Assembly (NCBI GenBank): GCA_036785375.1
Contig: JAWMAR010000002.1
Span: forward strand, 24,428,001-24,492,000
Direction of reading: 5' to 3'
DNA: 64,000 nucleotides
From: Leucoraja ocellata
Lineage: Eukaryota
The notes beneath the pieces were generated by a model. The model was given only the letters and a program-made list of their open reading frames with translations, ran no database searches and was not told the origin of the DNA. Of this stretch, positions 21,388 to 34,203 are shown piece by piece (position 1 is the first letter of the stretch; each line of letters starts with the position of its first letter). The translations under genes and the position numbers were made by a program.

Positions 21388-24300
21388 TACAACAATGGAA
21401 GGTAAATACCATCAGCAACCGGGTGCATAACATTTTAAAGCCTAATTCAGCATGAGAACTGCTCTAAAATTATTTTTACTGGGTTTTCCTATATTTTCCC
21501 AACTTTCTTTATGGGTTACCATATTGGGCATAAATGCAATAGATCCTACCTGTCTAGTGCACCAAAAATTGCAAACGCCAATCTCTGGGCATGAAATCGA
21601 CAATTCAGATTTACATGAAGGTACTTACTAATCACTTTTTTCAACACATTAATAAAAGAGGAGTTGAACTGCAATTTACTTTTTGTGTCAACTTAACTGT
21701 TTTCATAAAAAGGAATAAAAATTAATAATCGGAGTGTAGTTATTTCATCAGTTTTATTCTCATAATAATATCCATGTTCAACTCCTGGAAAGAAATAGAT
21801 TAAATTTTCCATGGTTTAGGTTTCACATATCTATTAATTTCAGTTTTCCATCTGAAAAATCTCACAGATATCTACAATATATTTACATTTCCTATTGAGA
21901 ATGGGCCATGGCTGATATAGCGCAAAATTAAAAAATTGAGTAGCCTTGCTAAGAGGAATTACTTGCAAATGTTATTGATGATTAGCATTAATAATAACAA
22001 TAATAATAATACTTTATTGTCATTGTAAATACATACAACAACATTTCAGGTGCACTGCCCTTACAAGGAGTATATATTAGCCTGAATAAAGTAACTATGC
22101 AAGCATCACAAAACTGTACATATCCTGATTCTATAAAATGAATAGAATGGATTTACATAATAATATTGCGATTTCCCCATTTCATTCACTTGTAATACAA
22201 TAAACATATTAGTCTTGTCCATAGTTTGTTTCTATCTGATGCAGTAAAATATTGCAATCCACACCACATATCAAAGTACTGTACGTGTCTTTTCCGTGTG
22301 TACTAGCCAACACATATTTCAATCAAAACTGGAAATAATTATCTGACCATTTATCTCATTACCTGTTACTCGGAATGAAAATATTGATCGCACATTTCAA
22401 GAGAATACTTAATTAGCTGCAAAGCGCTAAGTTATCCAATAAAAATGAAAGACAGTACACACAAGCAAGATCTTTTTTTAAGCTTTGTGGCTTCTATTTA
22501 GGCAAGGTCACTGTAACAAGGTGATTCCAGTCTTTAATCAAATGATGTCCAACACTATATTTTAAAGCACTTGATTGGATCTTGATTCCTTTCACATTCC
22601 GGGCCAATTTAATAAATGGAGTACTGAACTCAATTATCCAATGTCTTCAGCTTGCTGTTTTCCCGATTCAACTCAATTACACTTGAGAGCCCTCTTTCAT
22701 TCTTCCAGCAAATAGCAGAAGCCACCATCAAAAATAAATTATATGCACATGCAAAATAAATGTATTTCAAAATCATTTCTTCCAGGCAATACCGGCACTC
22801 ATCTGACGTGTGCTCCATAAAAATAGTTATGTTCTGATAGTATTATAAACAAGCTTGCATTAAAGGCCAAACATTAGAACCATTTTATATAAAATGCTTA
22901 CTATAAATAGTAATTTCCCTTTCTATATTTTGAACAACTAATTTTTGTATAAGCAAAATATGTTGCAACGGTCTGTTTTCAGATTTTTTTCACCTTTAGG
23001 CCACACAGTTACATTCATTCCATTTCTTTTTCACCATAACCCCCCCCCCCCGCCCCCGTTCCTTTTCTTCACCACCCTTCCACTTCTATCTCTCCTCCAC
23101 TCTCTCTTTTCTTCACCCTCCCACTTCCTATTCACTCTCCTTTCTATTCTCTCACCAAGGCAGATCCCAGATGTGCTTTGACAGATCTGCAAACAGCCAT
23201 AATGAATATGCAATCCACATGCAGTCAATAGACTGAATAAGAGAAAAAGAGAGATCTGCAGCCCCTCAAGCTTGCACTGCCATCCAACAAGATCATGGCT
23301 GATCGCATCTCTTCTGCCTGTTCCTCATAGATTCCTAATGATCTAAAATTGCCGTCATCCTTGTAGTCAGTAGGGAAACACAGTACTTGCTGTGCAGCTC
23401 ATTAAAATAAATGCTCACAGATCAATAATGGCGCAACTTCCTTTCTTCCCACATTGATTTCTGTTAGGGTCAATTCAAGGAGAAGTCTGGCTTCCAGCAA
23501 CTTGTTATTAATCTGGTTTACCAAAATATCACATTCAAAATTTTTCAAAACCAAAAGTAGGAAAGAGAAAGCAATACAAAAAAAAGATTTTGCAAAGTGG
23601 GAAATAAAGGTTGGAACATACAATGTATAAATTAAAAACTCAAACATCATAAACAAGTATAAAAAATCCAATATATTTTGCAATGCACGAAGGAACTACA
23701 TTACTTTGGAATAATTACACAGAGTGAGGGTATTCTCCAAAGAGTGATTATGAGCATGGGAGCAGGAGTAGGGATGGAGTGACACGAGTGGTGCTGTAGT
23801 TTGTTGGGCTGTGAGTTATCTGCCTGCTGACAAATCCCTAACAACCCTTTGCTGAGGAAATGAGACTCAGCAGCAACACACTGGTATTTGTTCTCAAGGC
23901 TGGAGAGAAAGGGAATGTGTGGGAGAACTTGTGCAAGGGGAGAAGATATAGAGGCTGGAGAGTAATGTAGGGGGGCCCATTGCAGAGAAGAAAGAATGGG
24001 TCGTGACAGTATATGAGAATGAGTGATGGAGTGAGAGTTGTAGGGAAGGTGGAAGATTAGGGGGTGAGGGGACAGTGAAAAAGAAACTATTCCGTTTCCT
24101 GGCAGTTGTGGGTCATTGCAAACAGGATCATGGCAGTAAGAGGACAAGGGGCAAGTGGCACGAAGACAATCTGTGCCTGAGTGAGTGCAATAATGTGAGT
24201 GCAATAATGTGTAGGTGCTGGCAGGTGCCTGTGCCCCCCTGTGTGTGTGTTAGTGTCCATGCACTGAGCCTGATCTCCAGCATTTTGTAGCATATGCCAC

Positions 24301-24937
24301 TGAATCATGATGTTGTTGTGTCAATGCAGCTCAATAGCTGCCAAATAAATGGGCAGCTCAAAGAACAAGGCAATGGGTACATCTCTTTTGGAAGAGGAGG
24401 AACAATATGAGCTCTGATGTCAAGGATAAGCTAATCTGGCAACTCCCTCCATGAGCAAGTCACCCTGTGACCCACTCTGATGCACAACTGCATGTACACC
24501 CTAATCATACTCTCTATGCATATGGATAATAGCAACTTCTATTCCAACCTTAAAAAAACATACATGGGCTGTATCCCAGAGAGAGAATCGTTGACCTCAA
24601 TACCAGTGTCAGAAGGGATATAACCCTCAAGCAAGGCATACATGGCAAAGGGGGTGTGGGAAAGCTAACTTCAACAGTGTTCCTCCTGACAACATGCTTG
24701 TTAGATGGTCTTGTCTCAACCAACATCCTTTGTTGTCTTGGGGCAAGTGGTATCCCTGTTGATATTTTAAAACTTGGCAGAGTGGAACCTCAGTTCTAAA
24801 TTCACAGCCTCTTCACACAAGTTCACAAGTTCTAAGAGTAGAATTAGGCCATTTGACTCATCAAGTCTACTCCGCCATTCAATCATGGCTGATCTCTACC
24901 TGTACTGACCGCAGGGATAACAGCATTTGCCCATACA

Positions 24938-25393
24938 GTGGACGACAGGGAAATGTCCCAGGATCAACAAGATGCACTTGCACTATTCTGCAACACCCAG
25001 CATGAAATAAATAACATCAGGAAAAGTGCCATTCAACCCACACTGAACCCAAAATTTGCGGGACTGTACAAACCTGGGACCACAAAACCACCCATACTCT
25101 TGTTCGGGGGCAACCTATCGAAGCAGGTAAAAGAACTCGATGAGGAAGCCAAAACCTTGGGGTTAATAAAAGGAACACCAACAAAAACCCACTACAGCCA
25201 AAGACAGCATCCCTACGCACCCACCAGCAGAACTGGTGAAAGCTCGAAGGCACGGCATTTCAAACATGAGTCTTTTTTAGGCCATGGCCCAGGCCGGCCT
25301 TCTTGGAAGATGCGGGGAACCCCAACGCCAACCAAACCGAAAAACCAGGCACCAGCGCAACAACAACAGCGGAAAAACAACAAAAAGAAGTAA
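24938..25393 (+). pseudogene. DIRS gag-like ORF, C-terminal part
   Basis: DALALFCNTQHEINNIRKSAIQPTLNPKFAGL...LLFGGNLSKQVKEL matches the DIRS ORF1 pattern and has a basic C-terminus. Confidence 0.7.
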
Positions 25394-25482
25394 ACCTGCC
25401 ACTGGTAACAATGGAGGTAGGTGGGTCTGGTTCCCTAAAAAATATGGAGAGCATGGAGGTTGGGGGGAAACTACACTGATTT

Positions 25483-26844
25483 TTGAATGCATGGAGCATA
25501 TTAACAACTGATACTTACATCTTAAGCAGTATCCAAGGATATACAATAGAGTTTATACACAAGTACAGCCCTCCAGTTCAACATATACCGAACCGAGTGT
25601 TCGTGCTCTCTGATAAAGAAAAATCAGAGGCACAAGCGGAACTGGAGCGGCTCTACATAAAAGGTGTAATTGAGATAACACAACACGAACCGTTAGACTT
25701 CGTGTCCAATATTTTTACCAAAATCAAAAAAGATGGTGGTTGTCGCATCATCATCGATCTAACAAAATTGAATACATTTGTACAATATATTCACTTTAAA
25801 ATGGAAACCTTTGTTACTGCTAAACAATTAATTTCCAAAGGTTACTTCATGGCCAGCATCAATTTAAAAGATGCTTACTATACAGTGCCTATACGAGGTG
25901 ACCACAGATGTTACTTAAAATTCAACTGGATGGGACAACCCTGGCAGTATAAAGCACTGCCAAATGGGCTATCATCAGCCCCCAGGCTGTTCACAAAAAA
26001 TTTAAAACCAGCCCTAGCATTTCTACGGAAACGTAAACACATGGTTATGGCATATTTAGATGACATACTCATTGTGGGCAAAACTTTGGAATTGGCCATA
26101 CAGACTGTAACAGCCACAAAACAGCTATTTGAAAAACTGGGATTTATCATCCATCCAGTTAAATCTAAACTAACGCCGTCCACCACTATGGATTATTTGG
26201 GGTTCACCATTGACTCAGTTCACATGATGGTGACACTACCTAAGGGAAAGGCTAGAGATTTAATAGATGCTTGCAATAACCTCATTGACATCAGAAAACC
26301 ATCCATCAGATTGGTAGCAAAAGTAATTGGTAAAATAGTGGCTGCTTTCCCAGCCACACAATTTGGACCTCTACATTACCAAAACTTACAGAGAGCAAAA
26401 ATACAAGCGCTCAAAATTAATGCAGGTCACTTTGACAGACCTATGAGACTACCAATCCAAACCAAAACGGAACTAATATGGTGGATAGACAACATTTGGT
26501 TTTGTTCAAACCCAATCATTGTCAGTAACCCTTCCATGGTACTACAATCTGATGCCAGTGCACTTGGGTGGGGAGCCACCAATACCATCACCAGCTGTGG
26601 AGGGAGATGGACTGCACAGGAGGCATCTTTCTTACGCACACTGGGCATAAACTACTTGGAAATGTTGGGTGCATTCCATGGCCTAAAGTCATATTGTACT
26701 GGGTCATATCACCAGCATGTTCGACTACAAATAGACAATACCACCGTGGTAGCATACATTAACCACATGGGTGGAAACAAATCAATATCATGTGCATCCA
26801 AAGAGATGTTTGGATATCAGCCACTTACCTACCAGGGAGACTAA
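25483..26844 (+). pseudogene. DIRS reverse transcriptase plus RNase H
   Basis: Motifs FVSNIFTKIKKDGGCRIIIDL, FKME, INLKDAY, LPNGLSSAPRLFTK, YLDD, SDASALGWG, INYLEM and DNTTVVAYINHMGG. A frameshift near 26790 separates it from the MT region. Confidence 0.93.
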
Positions 26845-27290
26845 ATTTAGTGGCAGACACCAGGTCACGCAAATTTAATGAAAACACCGAATGGATGTTG
26901 AACAAAATAGTATTTGCTGATATTACAGCAAAATATGGAACACCAGATATCGATCTATTCGCATCCAGACGAAACAACCAGATACCAAACTATGTTTCAT
27001 GGGCAGCAGCGACAGATGCATTTTCGCTGCATTGGGGGAAATTGTTTATTTACGCATTTCCTCCTTTCTGCCTCATCAGTCGGGTATTAAGGAACATACA
27101 ACAAGACTCTGCGTCTGGTATTTTGGTAGTACCCGATTGGCCTACACAACCATGGCTCCCAGTGGTACAAAACATGGTGTTAGAACCATGTATTACCATC
27201 CCACATAGACCAGACTTATTGCTACATCCCGTAACAGGGGATAGCCACCCATGCCATAAATATTTGAACCTATTAATTTGTAGAGTTTAA
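26790..27290 (+). pseudogene. DIRS RNase H C-terminus plus DNA N6-adenine methyltransferase-like domain
   Basis: YLPGRLNLVADTRSR (end of RNase H), then PDIDLFAS, DAF, YAFPPF and LVVPDWPTQPW, the typical DIRS MT motifs. Confidence 0.85.
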
Positions 27291-27334
27291 AAACACCACT
27301 TCTACAACTGGGACTAACGGACCGAACAGCAAAC

Positions 27335-28285
27335 ATGATCTCGGCGGCCCAAAGACAATCGACTAAAAAACAGTATCTGGTCTACATCAGGAAGTGGGAA
27401 ATGTACTGCCATAAAAACAACATCACCAACAGAAACATGAACATCCCGTCTGTTCTGGAATATCTGGCAGGCCTCCACTATGATGAGGGGCTCAGTTACA
27501 GTGCCATCAACAGTGCCAGAAGTGCCCTGTCGACTTACCTATGGCAAGGGACAGAGCGTTACTCTGTAGGGACTCACCCACTGGTAACAAAGCTCATGAG
27601 GGGAATTTTTAATACTAATCCCCCAAAAACCAGGTACTCCCAAATTTGGGATGTAAGCATTGTCCTGAAGATGCTCAGAAACTGGTCTCCAGCAACAGCT
27701 CTGTCTCTACACAGACTGACTTTAAAAACAGTCATGTTAATGGCATTAGTCACGGCACAGAGGGTACAGTCACTGCATAAACTCAGACTGGACAACATGA
27801 CTTCCTCACCTGACAATATTACGTTCCACATCTATGAGCTAGTAAAGCAGAACAGACAGGAATCAGCAGGCCTCAATATACTATTTAGGTCATACCCTAC
27901 AGATGACCGTCTCTGTACAGTTAGACACCTGTTATTATACATAGAGAAAACTAAAATCCTAAGAGGCAATGAGAAGGGACTTCTGATCAGCCACAAGCAA
28001 CCTCAAAAAAGAGTGACGGTCCAGACCATCTCAAGATGGCTGAAACAGGTGCTTACACAGGCTGGGGTGGATACTAACATTTTTAAATCTCATTCCACCA
28101 GGGCTGCAGCTACATCGGCAGCAATACAATTGGATGTGCCCATGGACCAAGTCCTCGAAGCAGCAGGATGGTCAGGGGAACGAACATTCCAATTATTTTA
28201 CAATAAACCAATAATGAAAACTGGAACATTTGCTGAAAAAAATTTAAGTTCTGTAAATTATTTCAAACCCATAAGAGGGTCATAA
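27335..28285 (+). CDS. DIRS tyrosine recombinase (phage-integrase family)
   Basis: Uninterrupted 316-aa ORF. N-terminal core-binding region (LSYSAINSARSALS) and catalytic residues R (TAQRVQ), HSTR, W (AAGW) and Y (FYNKP). Confidence 0.9.
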   Translation: MISAAQRQSTKKQYLVYIRKWEMYCHKNNITNRNMNIPSVLEYLAGLHYDEGLSYSAINSARSALSTYLWQGTERYSVGTHPLVTKLMRGIFNTNPPKTRYSQIWDVSIVLKMLRNWSPATALSLHRLTLKTVMLMALVTAQRVQSLHKLRLDNMTSSPDNITFHIYELVKQNRQESAGLNILFRSYPTDDRLCTVRHLLLYIEKTKILRGNEKGLLISHKQPQKRVTVQTISRWLKQVLTQAGVDTNIFKSHSTRAAATSAAIQLDVPMDQVLEAAGWSGERTFQLFYNKPIMKTGTFAEKNLSSVNYFKPIRGS

Positions 28286-28447
28286 TTTGTGTTAATAAAT
28301 TTTATGATTTCAATATCGAATTCATGTCCGAATTATGTTAACTATTCCTCCTACAGTCAAGGCAGACGTGATGCATGGACTCGTTTCCACGGCATGAAAT
28401 CACAGAGCTTTAAAATCATCACGTAGTCACTCACGTGACTCCGAAGT

Positions 28448-28744
28448 AAAATAGTAAGATTAAACGAGAACTTACTAGTTTGAAGTTTGATCTGTATTTT
28501 ATGAGGAGTTACGATTAGGGATTATGTGCCCTCCGCTCCCACCCTTGATCATATACTTAACTGGTATCTCTTCTCTAATCTTACTATGTTTAGTCATTAC
28601 AGTTGTCTGTAATTTCACACCGCTGCTTTGAAGAATGACACGCATGCGTTCTGGCGGGGTTCTTCACGTAATCCCTCATCATAACTCCTCATAAAATACA
28701 GATCAAACTTCAAACTGGTAAGTTCTCGTTTATTCTTACTATTT
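28448..28744. repeat. DIRS internal complementary region and right terminal repeat (~80-bp inverted repeat)
   Basis: 28449-28528 (aatagtaagattaaacgagaac...agggattatgtg) is the near-perfect reverse complement of 28665-28744. Confidence 0.92.
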
Positions 28745-28884
28745 ATGTCCCCACTATTCCAGGACCGAGTTCATATTAACTTCAGTATTGTGCACAGGCA
28801 AGACCAGCACATGAACATGCTTAAAGGTTGAACTCCTTTTCATCATTGACGTTCACTGAAGCATACAGAGAATAATACAAAAAC

Positions 28885-29183
28885 GGGCGGCATGGTGACG
28901 CAGCAGTAGAGTTGCTGCCTTACAGCGCTTGCAGCACCAGAGACCCGGGTTCGATTCTGACTATGGATGCTGTCTATATGGAGTTTGTACGTTTTCCCCG
29001 TGACCGTGGGTTTACTCCGAGATCTTCGATATTCTCCCACACTCCAAAGACGAACAGGCTTGTAGGTTAATTGGCTTGATATAAGTATAAATTGTCCCTA
29101 GTGCATGTAGGATAGTGTTAATTTGCGGGAATCACTAGTCAGTGCTGACTCGGTGGGCCACAGGGCATGTTTCCACGCTATAT
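28885..29183 (+). mobile_element. Full-length tRNA-derived V-SINE (HE1-like)
   Basis: A box-like tggtgacgcagcagt, B box ggttcgattct, V-domain-like tggagtttgtacgttttccccgtg...ctcccacactccaaaga, and CR1-like 3' tail ggtgggccacagggcatgtttcc. Confidence 0.85.
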
Positions 29184-31499
29184 CCAGCATCTTCAAAACA
29201 AAGGTCATTGGGCAACCTGCAACACTTTGATATTAACTCAGTTTTCAACTTTCCATTAACACTCTGCTCGGCATTTGCTACAAATCTGATCTTAATCTAA
29301 CCTTTGTTTGTTTGTGTTCTCCCTTTGTAGCTGTCCGCATTCACGTATCAACCAATTTAACACCATGACAATACTGGCCAAATATGATCAGAGATATTTC
29401 CTTTGTCCTATCCATCTCCCCACCACCTCTGCAACGTCGGAGTAACTTATTTTTCTTACGCCGTTCTGGTGAAATGTATGTGACTTGAGACATGAACTAT
29501 TCCTCCTTCCTGCTTATTGTTTTATACATTCTGTATTTTTTACTTGTTAGAAGTAATATTGTTAATAGCCTGTTACAGTTTATTTGCATTCAGCTGCTAT
29601 AATTAATGAAAATAATTTGAGTGGATATTTTTATGTTGTATGTCGAATATAAAGAAAATTATCTACTTGAGGACTTTATCACAAATAAAACAAATACATT
29701 TTCTCTACAGCATAAAATGATGAAGATACTGAGAATATTCATATCTCTTTTCCAACCCTGAAGGCTATTGCCTTTTAAAAAAATAAAAACAAATCAGGCA
29801 GCCCTATCTGTGAAATAAGAAATCTGCAGTATGTAAAACTGCTGATGGGTTTCCAAATGTCACATACTGATTAGGCTATTCAGAAATTATATTTATTTTC
29901 TAAAAAAAATCCCCTTTGTCACTGTCTATTTGTATTTTAAATTGCTTACTTGAGCTCTTATTTTCTGCAGTGTTACTGCAATGCACTTTCTTATTATCAT
30001 GGTTACACTCTGATGCTCTGCATACTTCTCGAACTTTCCAAAAAATATTGCACTGCAGTCATTTTCGTTGCTGTTATGCTAATGGAATCAGGAAAATCAA
30101 TTGTCCTTAAGGAACAGGGGAATGAGATATGCTGTAAATGCCATGCTATGAGTGATTGGTTGATTGCTGGATGGCAGTTCAAACGAGCTTCATCTCTACA
30201 TTATCCTGATGAATTTTTATGGGTCTGCCTTTCTAATAAAGCAGTGGAGGAAGTTTATGGCTTGCAGCTTCTGGGTGATTTAATGCAGTGGTACTGTAGC
30301 TATGCAGAACAAAGATAGCTTTCTCCAGTTTTAAAATATAGGTTTACACTGTAGCCTACCTCATTTTGAATTTGTCAGAAATGAAAAATAAGATGGGTTA
30401 CTTGTATGTATGAAAAAAAATCAGATTTAATTTGACTAATTTTAATTATTTCTTTTCCATTTTTATTCATAACTAGAGTTTGTTTAGGGAGATTTGCTCT
30501 ACTTTATTGTTCCTGCAATTTGACCTGAACATGTTTAAGGAAAATTAGAAATTAAATTTAAAATAGTTTATTGAGGATTAATACCTTGAATTGCGGTCAC
30601 TGAACATCGTCTTTTAATTTCATGGCATTTCAGATTTGATTAAATTAGGCAAGTTATATCTGCAGAATTGTTTTTACATTTACAGCTCTACAGAACACAG
30701 AGTAACTGAAAATAGGCAGAGATTTTAAATCTTCATTGTCAGAAGAAAGATATGCAATAATGCATAGTGTGTTATGGGCTGACATATTCATCCTTTTGTT
30801 TCAACTATTTGTGCTTAAATAAACAAGACCTTCAGAAACGTCTTTGTTTTTCATTATTCTTATCTAAGGCCCTGCCTTCAGCTGTCTAGACCGTATTTTC
30901 TAAATTCCTTTCCACAACTTCTCCATCTTGCCTCATATTTAAGGTGCTGCTGAAAACTATCTCTTCAATCAACATTTGATTTCTTGCCCTAATATCTCCG
31001 CATGTGGCTAACTGTTTAAATGTCACCTATTTTTGCTTTGTTCTTTCATCATAACAAAGAACGTTATTGTTGAGGTAAAAATGAATTGATTATTTCTTAA
31101 TGTCAAGTTCACGTCTGTTTGCTGTTCATACATTCATTCAAGGTATAGGGCTGCTTTTCCGTCCACATGTAGATTATTTGGTCAGCTCTTGGCTGAGATA
31201 CAGTAATATAAGGTTGATGTTTGTTGAAAGTGGTTTTTTTGCCTTGTCCTTGATCTTCATCCTGCATAGGAGCAACATATCAAAGCCTGGGAATTTCTCT
31301 GACTTGTATCATCACCTAGTGCTCAATAATTGAAGGATCCCTTTACTTTGGTGAATGATCATGAGAAGATTCCTTTCTTTATCATCACAGCTTCACGTGG
31401 ATTATTCTTTTCATTATTCACTGTCATTCCATAAATAGCTGATTCATACAATAATTTGGGTCACCTTTTGTGTTAATAAAGAAACACAAAATTGTGCTG

Positions 31500-32320
31500 C
31501 AACAGGACCTAGATAATTTTAGTGTAGGTGAAAGATTGGCAAATAAGATTTCATGTAGGAAAATGTGAGATTATACACTTAAGTAAAGGAATCAAAAGAC
31601 AGACTTCTATCTAAATGGCGAGGGATTGCAAAGGGATCTTTAAGTTGTTTTAAATGAAACATAAAAAGTTAGCACATAGGTGCAGCAAGTAGTTTGGAAG
31701 GGGAATGACAAATTTGCCTTTATAGCAAGATGATTGGAGATTAGAAATTGAGAAGTACTGTTACTATTGGCTACATTACATAATACAGGCTACGTTTGGA
31801 GTACTGAACACAGTTTTAATCCCCTTAGTTCAGAAAGGATATACTGTAATAGCATTGGAGGCAGTCCGGAAAATAACTACCAGGCTTATTCTTGGATGAG
31901 TGGGTTATCCTATTAACAGCAGCTAACAAGGTTGGATCTGTATTGTTTGGAGTTTAGGAGAATGAGAGGTGAAACATTAAGATCCTGAGCGGGCTTGATG
32001 GTGAAGCGTTTCCACCAGTGGATGAAGAGATCTTGTACAAGATAAGGGGATGTTCATTTGAAGATAAAGTGTGTAGAAATCTTTTTGCACAGAGGTGGTG
32101 AATCTCTGGAATTTTCCACCACAGCCACTGGAAATTAGATCATTGGAGATGTTTTAAACGGAGGAAGATAAAATTCTGGAAGGTTAAGCTGTTTAGATAT
32201 ATGTGAAATCGTTGCAGGAAAGGAAATGGGCCCAGGGGCACATCAGCCATGATCGTATTGACTGGCAGGCTAAGCTTGAGTGACTAAGTGAACTACTCCA
32301 ACTCTCATTTTCTTGGTTTC
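31500..32320 (+). mobile_element. Old CR1 RT/3' fragment
   Basis: Degenerate but collinear with the younger CR1 copies (aaatgtgagatt, gtgcagcaagta, agaggtggtgaatctctggaatt, catcagccatgatcgtattga). Confidence 0.75.
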
Positions 32321-34137
32321 TTATTTACATCATAAAATGTTCCTCTGTTTTCTTTGCATTTTTGTATGTTGTTTGCATTTAACAGACCATGATAAGCTCC
32401 TGGGTGAAGTGCCACTTTAAGGATTACCATGACCATAAGAAACAATGTCACATGCTTGCATCATGCTTGCAGATCAGTTAAAGACCTACTGCCCCAAGTA
32501 AAAGCTCTAGGTCTAAGTGAGTAAGTGGGCTGCAGTGCTGCTTCGCTCCAGAGACTAGTTAAGAAGAATCCCTAAACCTCCCACATTTAATCTTGCTTCC
32601 AAGCTCCAGCTTTATAAATTCCTCAGTCCATACAGTGGCCTGTTACAGTCTACTCTGGCCCATTCATAATGAATTTTAAATTAAATAGCTCAACTTCCCC
32701 TAAAACTCACAGGTGGCATGCAAACAACTAAACATATTGTTCATTAATTTTTCCAAACCATTTTAGGTCTGAAGTTGAGTTCTAAGTATTCAGTCAATTG
32801 TGAATTTAATTATATTCATATATATATATATATTTACTAAAAACAAAAAATAATTAAATGTTTAAACTTTGTCAGATTGTATATTCAAAGCGCTTCAAGA
32901 ACACTCAGTTTTACTGCATACTGTATCATCGCAGCCATGCTGAAGAGAACCTTAGCTGAATAATAGGATACCCAAATTCTCCAGTGGGATTCTACATATG
33001 CCTCTTTATTTGTGTCAATGCTTAGAAAGTCTCTGTGTTGCAGTTCATGAACAAGAAGGGTAAAGCTTGTCTAAAGGAATTTTTTGATTCCTTGAAAGGT
33101 GGCAATATTGTCAATTTTTGAGAGCTACAATATCACCCCAGTTTTCTCATTCTAAAAATCTGCTGCAGGTAGACACTGGCTGATTTACCGTGCCTCTTTT
33201 ACCAGCTCATTAACTAAAGCAACAGATCTGTTCATATTTCATTGCCCTTTCTCCATATCCTTTCACACCATACTCCCTAATTCAATATTGTTCTTCACTC
33301 AAAACATTCAAGTAATCTAATGGTGTGATTTAAACAATATGAATAACAATTCTGAAAATACATTTCATAAAACATCAAAGCAAATATTCAAAAGTTTATG
33401 ATCCAAGCAAGAGTTCAATATAAGCTGCTTGACACCCAGGTTACTATGTTGAACAATAATTGAATTTTTGTTCATCTTTCTAATTAGGTTCAACACAATA
33501 TTGACATTTCTGTTTAAAGAAAAGAGGTTCCATTGATTATTGGGATAATTGTCACCTATCACCTTCATCTATGTTTTGCTCTCACTTTCACTGTTAGCAA
33601 TAGTCTCATTAATGTCAACTATTTCCATGTCAGGAGCTCAAATGTCAGTCTTCCTGGTTATCACCAGAGTGGATTCAAAAGTCATAGTTGAAAGAGAAAA
33701 CACAGGCCATCAGATATATTAGTTATTTGTGTCCAATGTAAAATATTCCTCTGCTGGTGATTATGAAGTTACGGGGTTAAGAGTACTTGGCTAAGGACAA
33801 GCTTTCATAATCCCCTTGATGGTTTTATTGATAGTGCATGAAGTACCTCAACTGAGTGCTTGCAAATGCCATGTGTAAAATTAACATTAATTTATTGCTA
33901 ATATACGCAGTGCCTCGACACATCAAAGCTTTGCCTTTTAGTATCTGCACTTCTGTTTTCATTTTTTAAAGATTTGTTTGCTTTTCCAGTGAGTTAAGAA
34001 TGCTTTCTTAATTTTCTCTTTGGATTCGATGTAACAGATTACAGGGATCTTCACTGTTGACTGGTCACTCCTACTAAGGAAATGATGCTTCCAAAAATAT
34101 CATGCATCCTTATCATCCAATATCAAGTTCAAGCATT

Positions 34138-34203
34138 TGTTTAAGAAAGAACTGCAGATATTGGAAATATCAAATGTTTCTCCAGCATTTTTGTCTACCT
34201 TCC
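34138..34203. mobile_element. Tiny Penelope-derived fold-back insert
   Basis: tgtttaagaaagaactgcagat...tttctccagcatttttgtctacctt, flanked by the 12-bp duplication AGTTCAAGCATT (34126-34137, 34204-34215). Confidence 0.75.

Larger units (their letters stand above)
24905..28744 (+). mobile_element. DIRS1-type tyrosine-recombinase retrotransposon, 5'-truncated
   Basis: Domain order is gag-like, RT-RNase H, methyltransferase-like, YR. The 3' end has an ICR and terminal inverted repeat and ends in ...ACTATTT. Confidence 0.95.

Noticed and set aside
23700-24800. Possible Harbinger transposase fossil
   Set aside because: Only a vague resemblance (a KGY-like stretch); no continuous translatable motif.
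27335-28285. Prophage or bacterial contamination suggested by integrase plus methyltransferase plus RT
   Set aside because: Domain order and ICR/ITR structure are those of a eukaryotic DIRS element embedded among vertebrate LINEs and SINEs.
28885-28960. tRNA gene
   Set aside because: The A/B boxes belong to a SINE head that continues into V-domain-like and CR1-like tail sequence; no complete cloverleaf.
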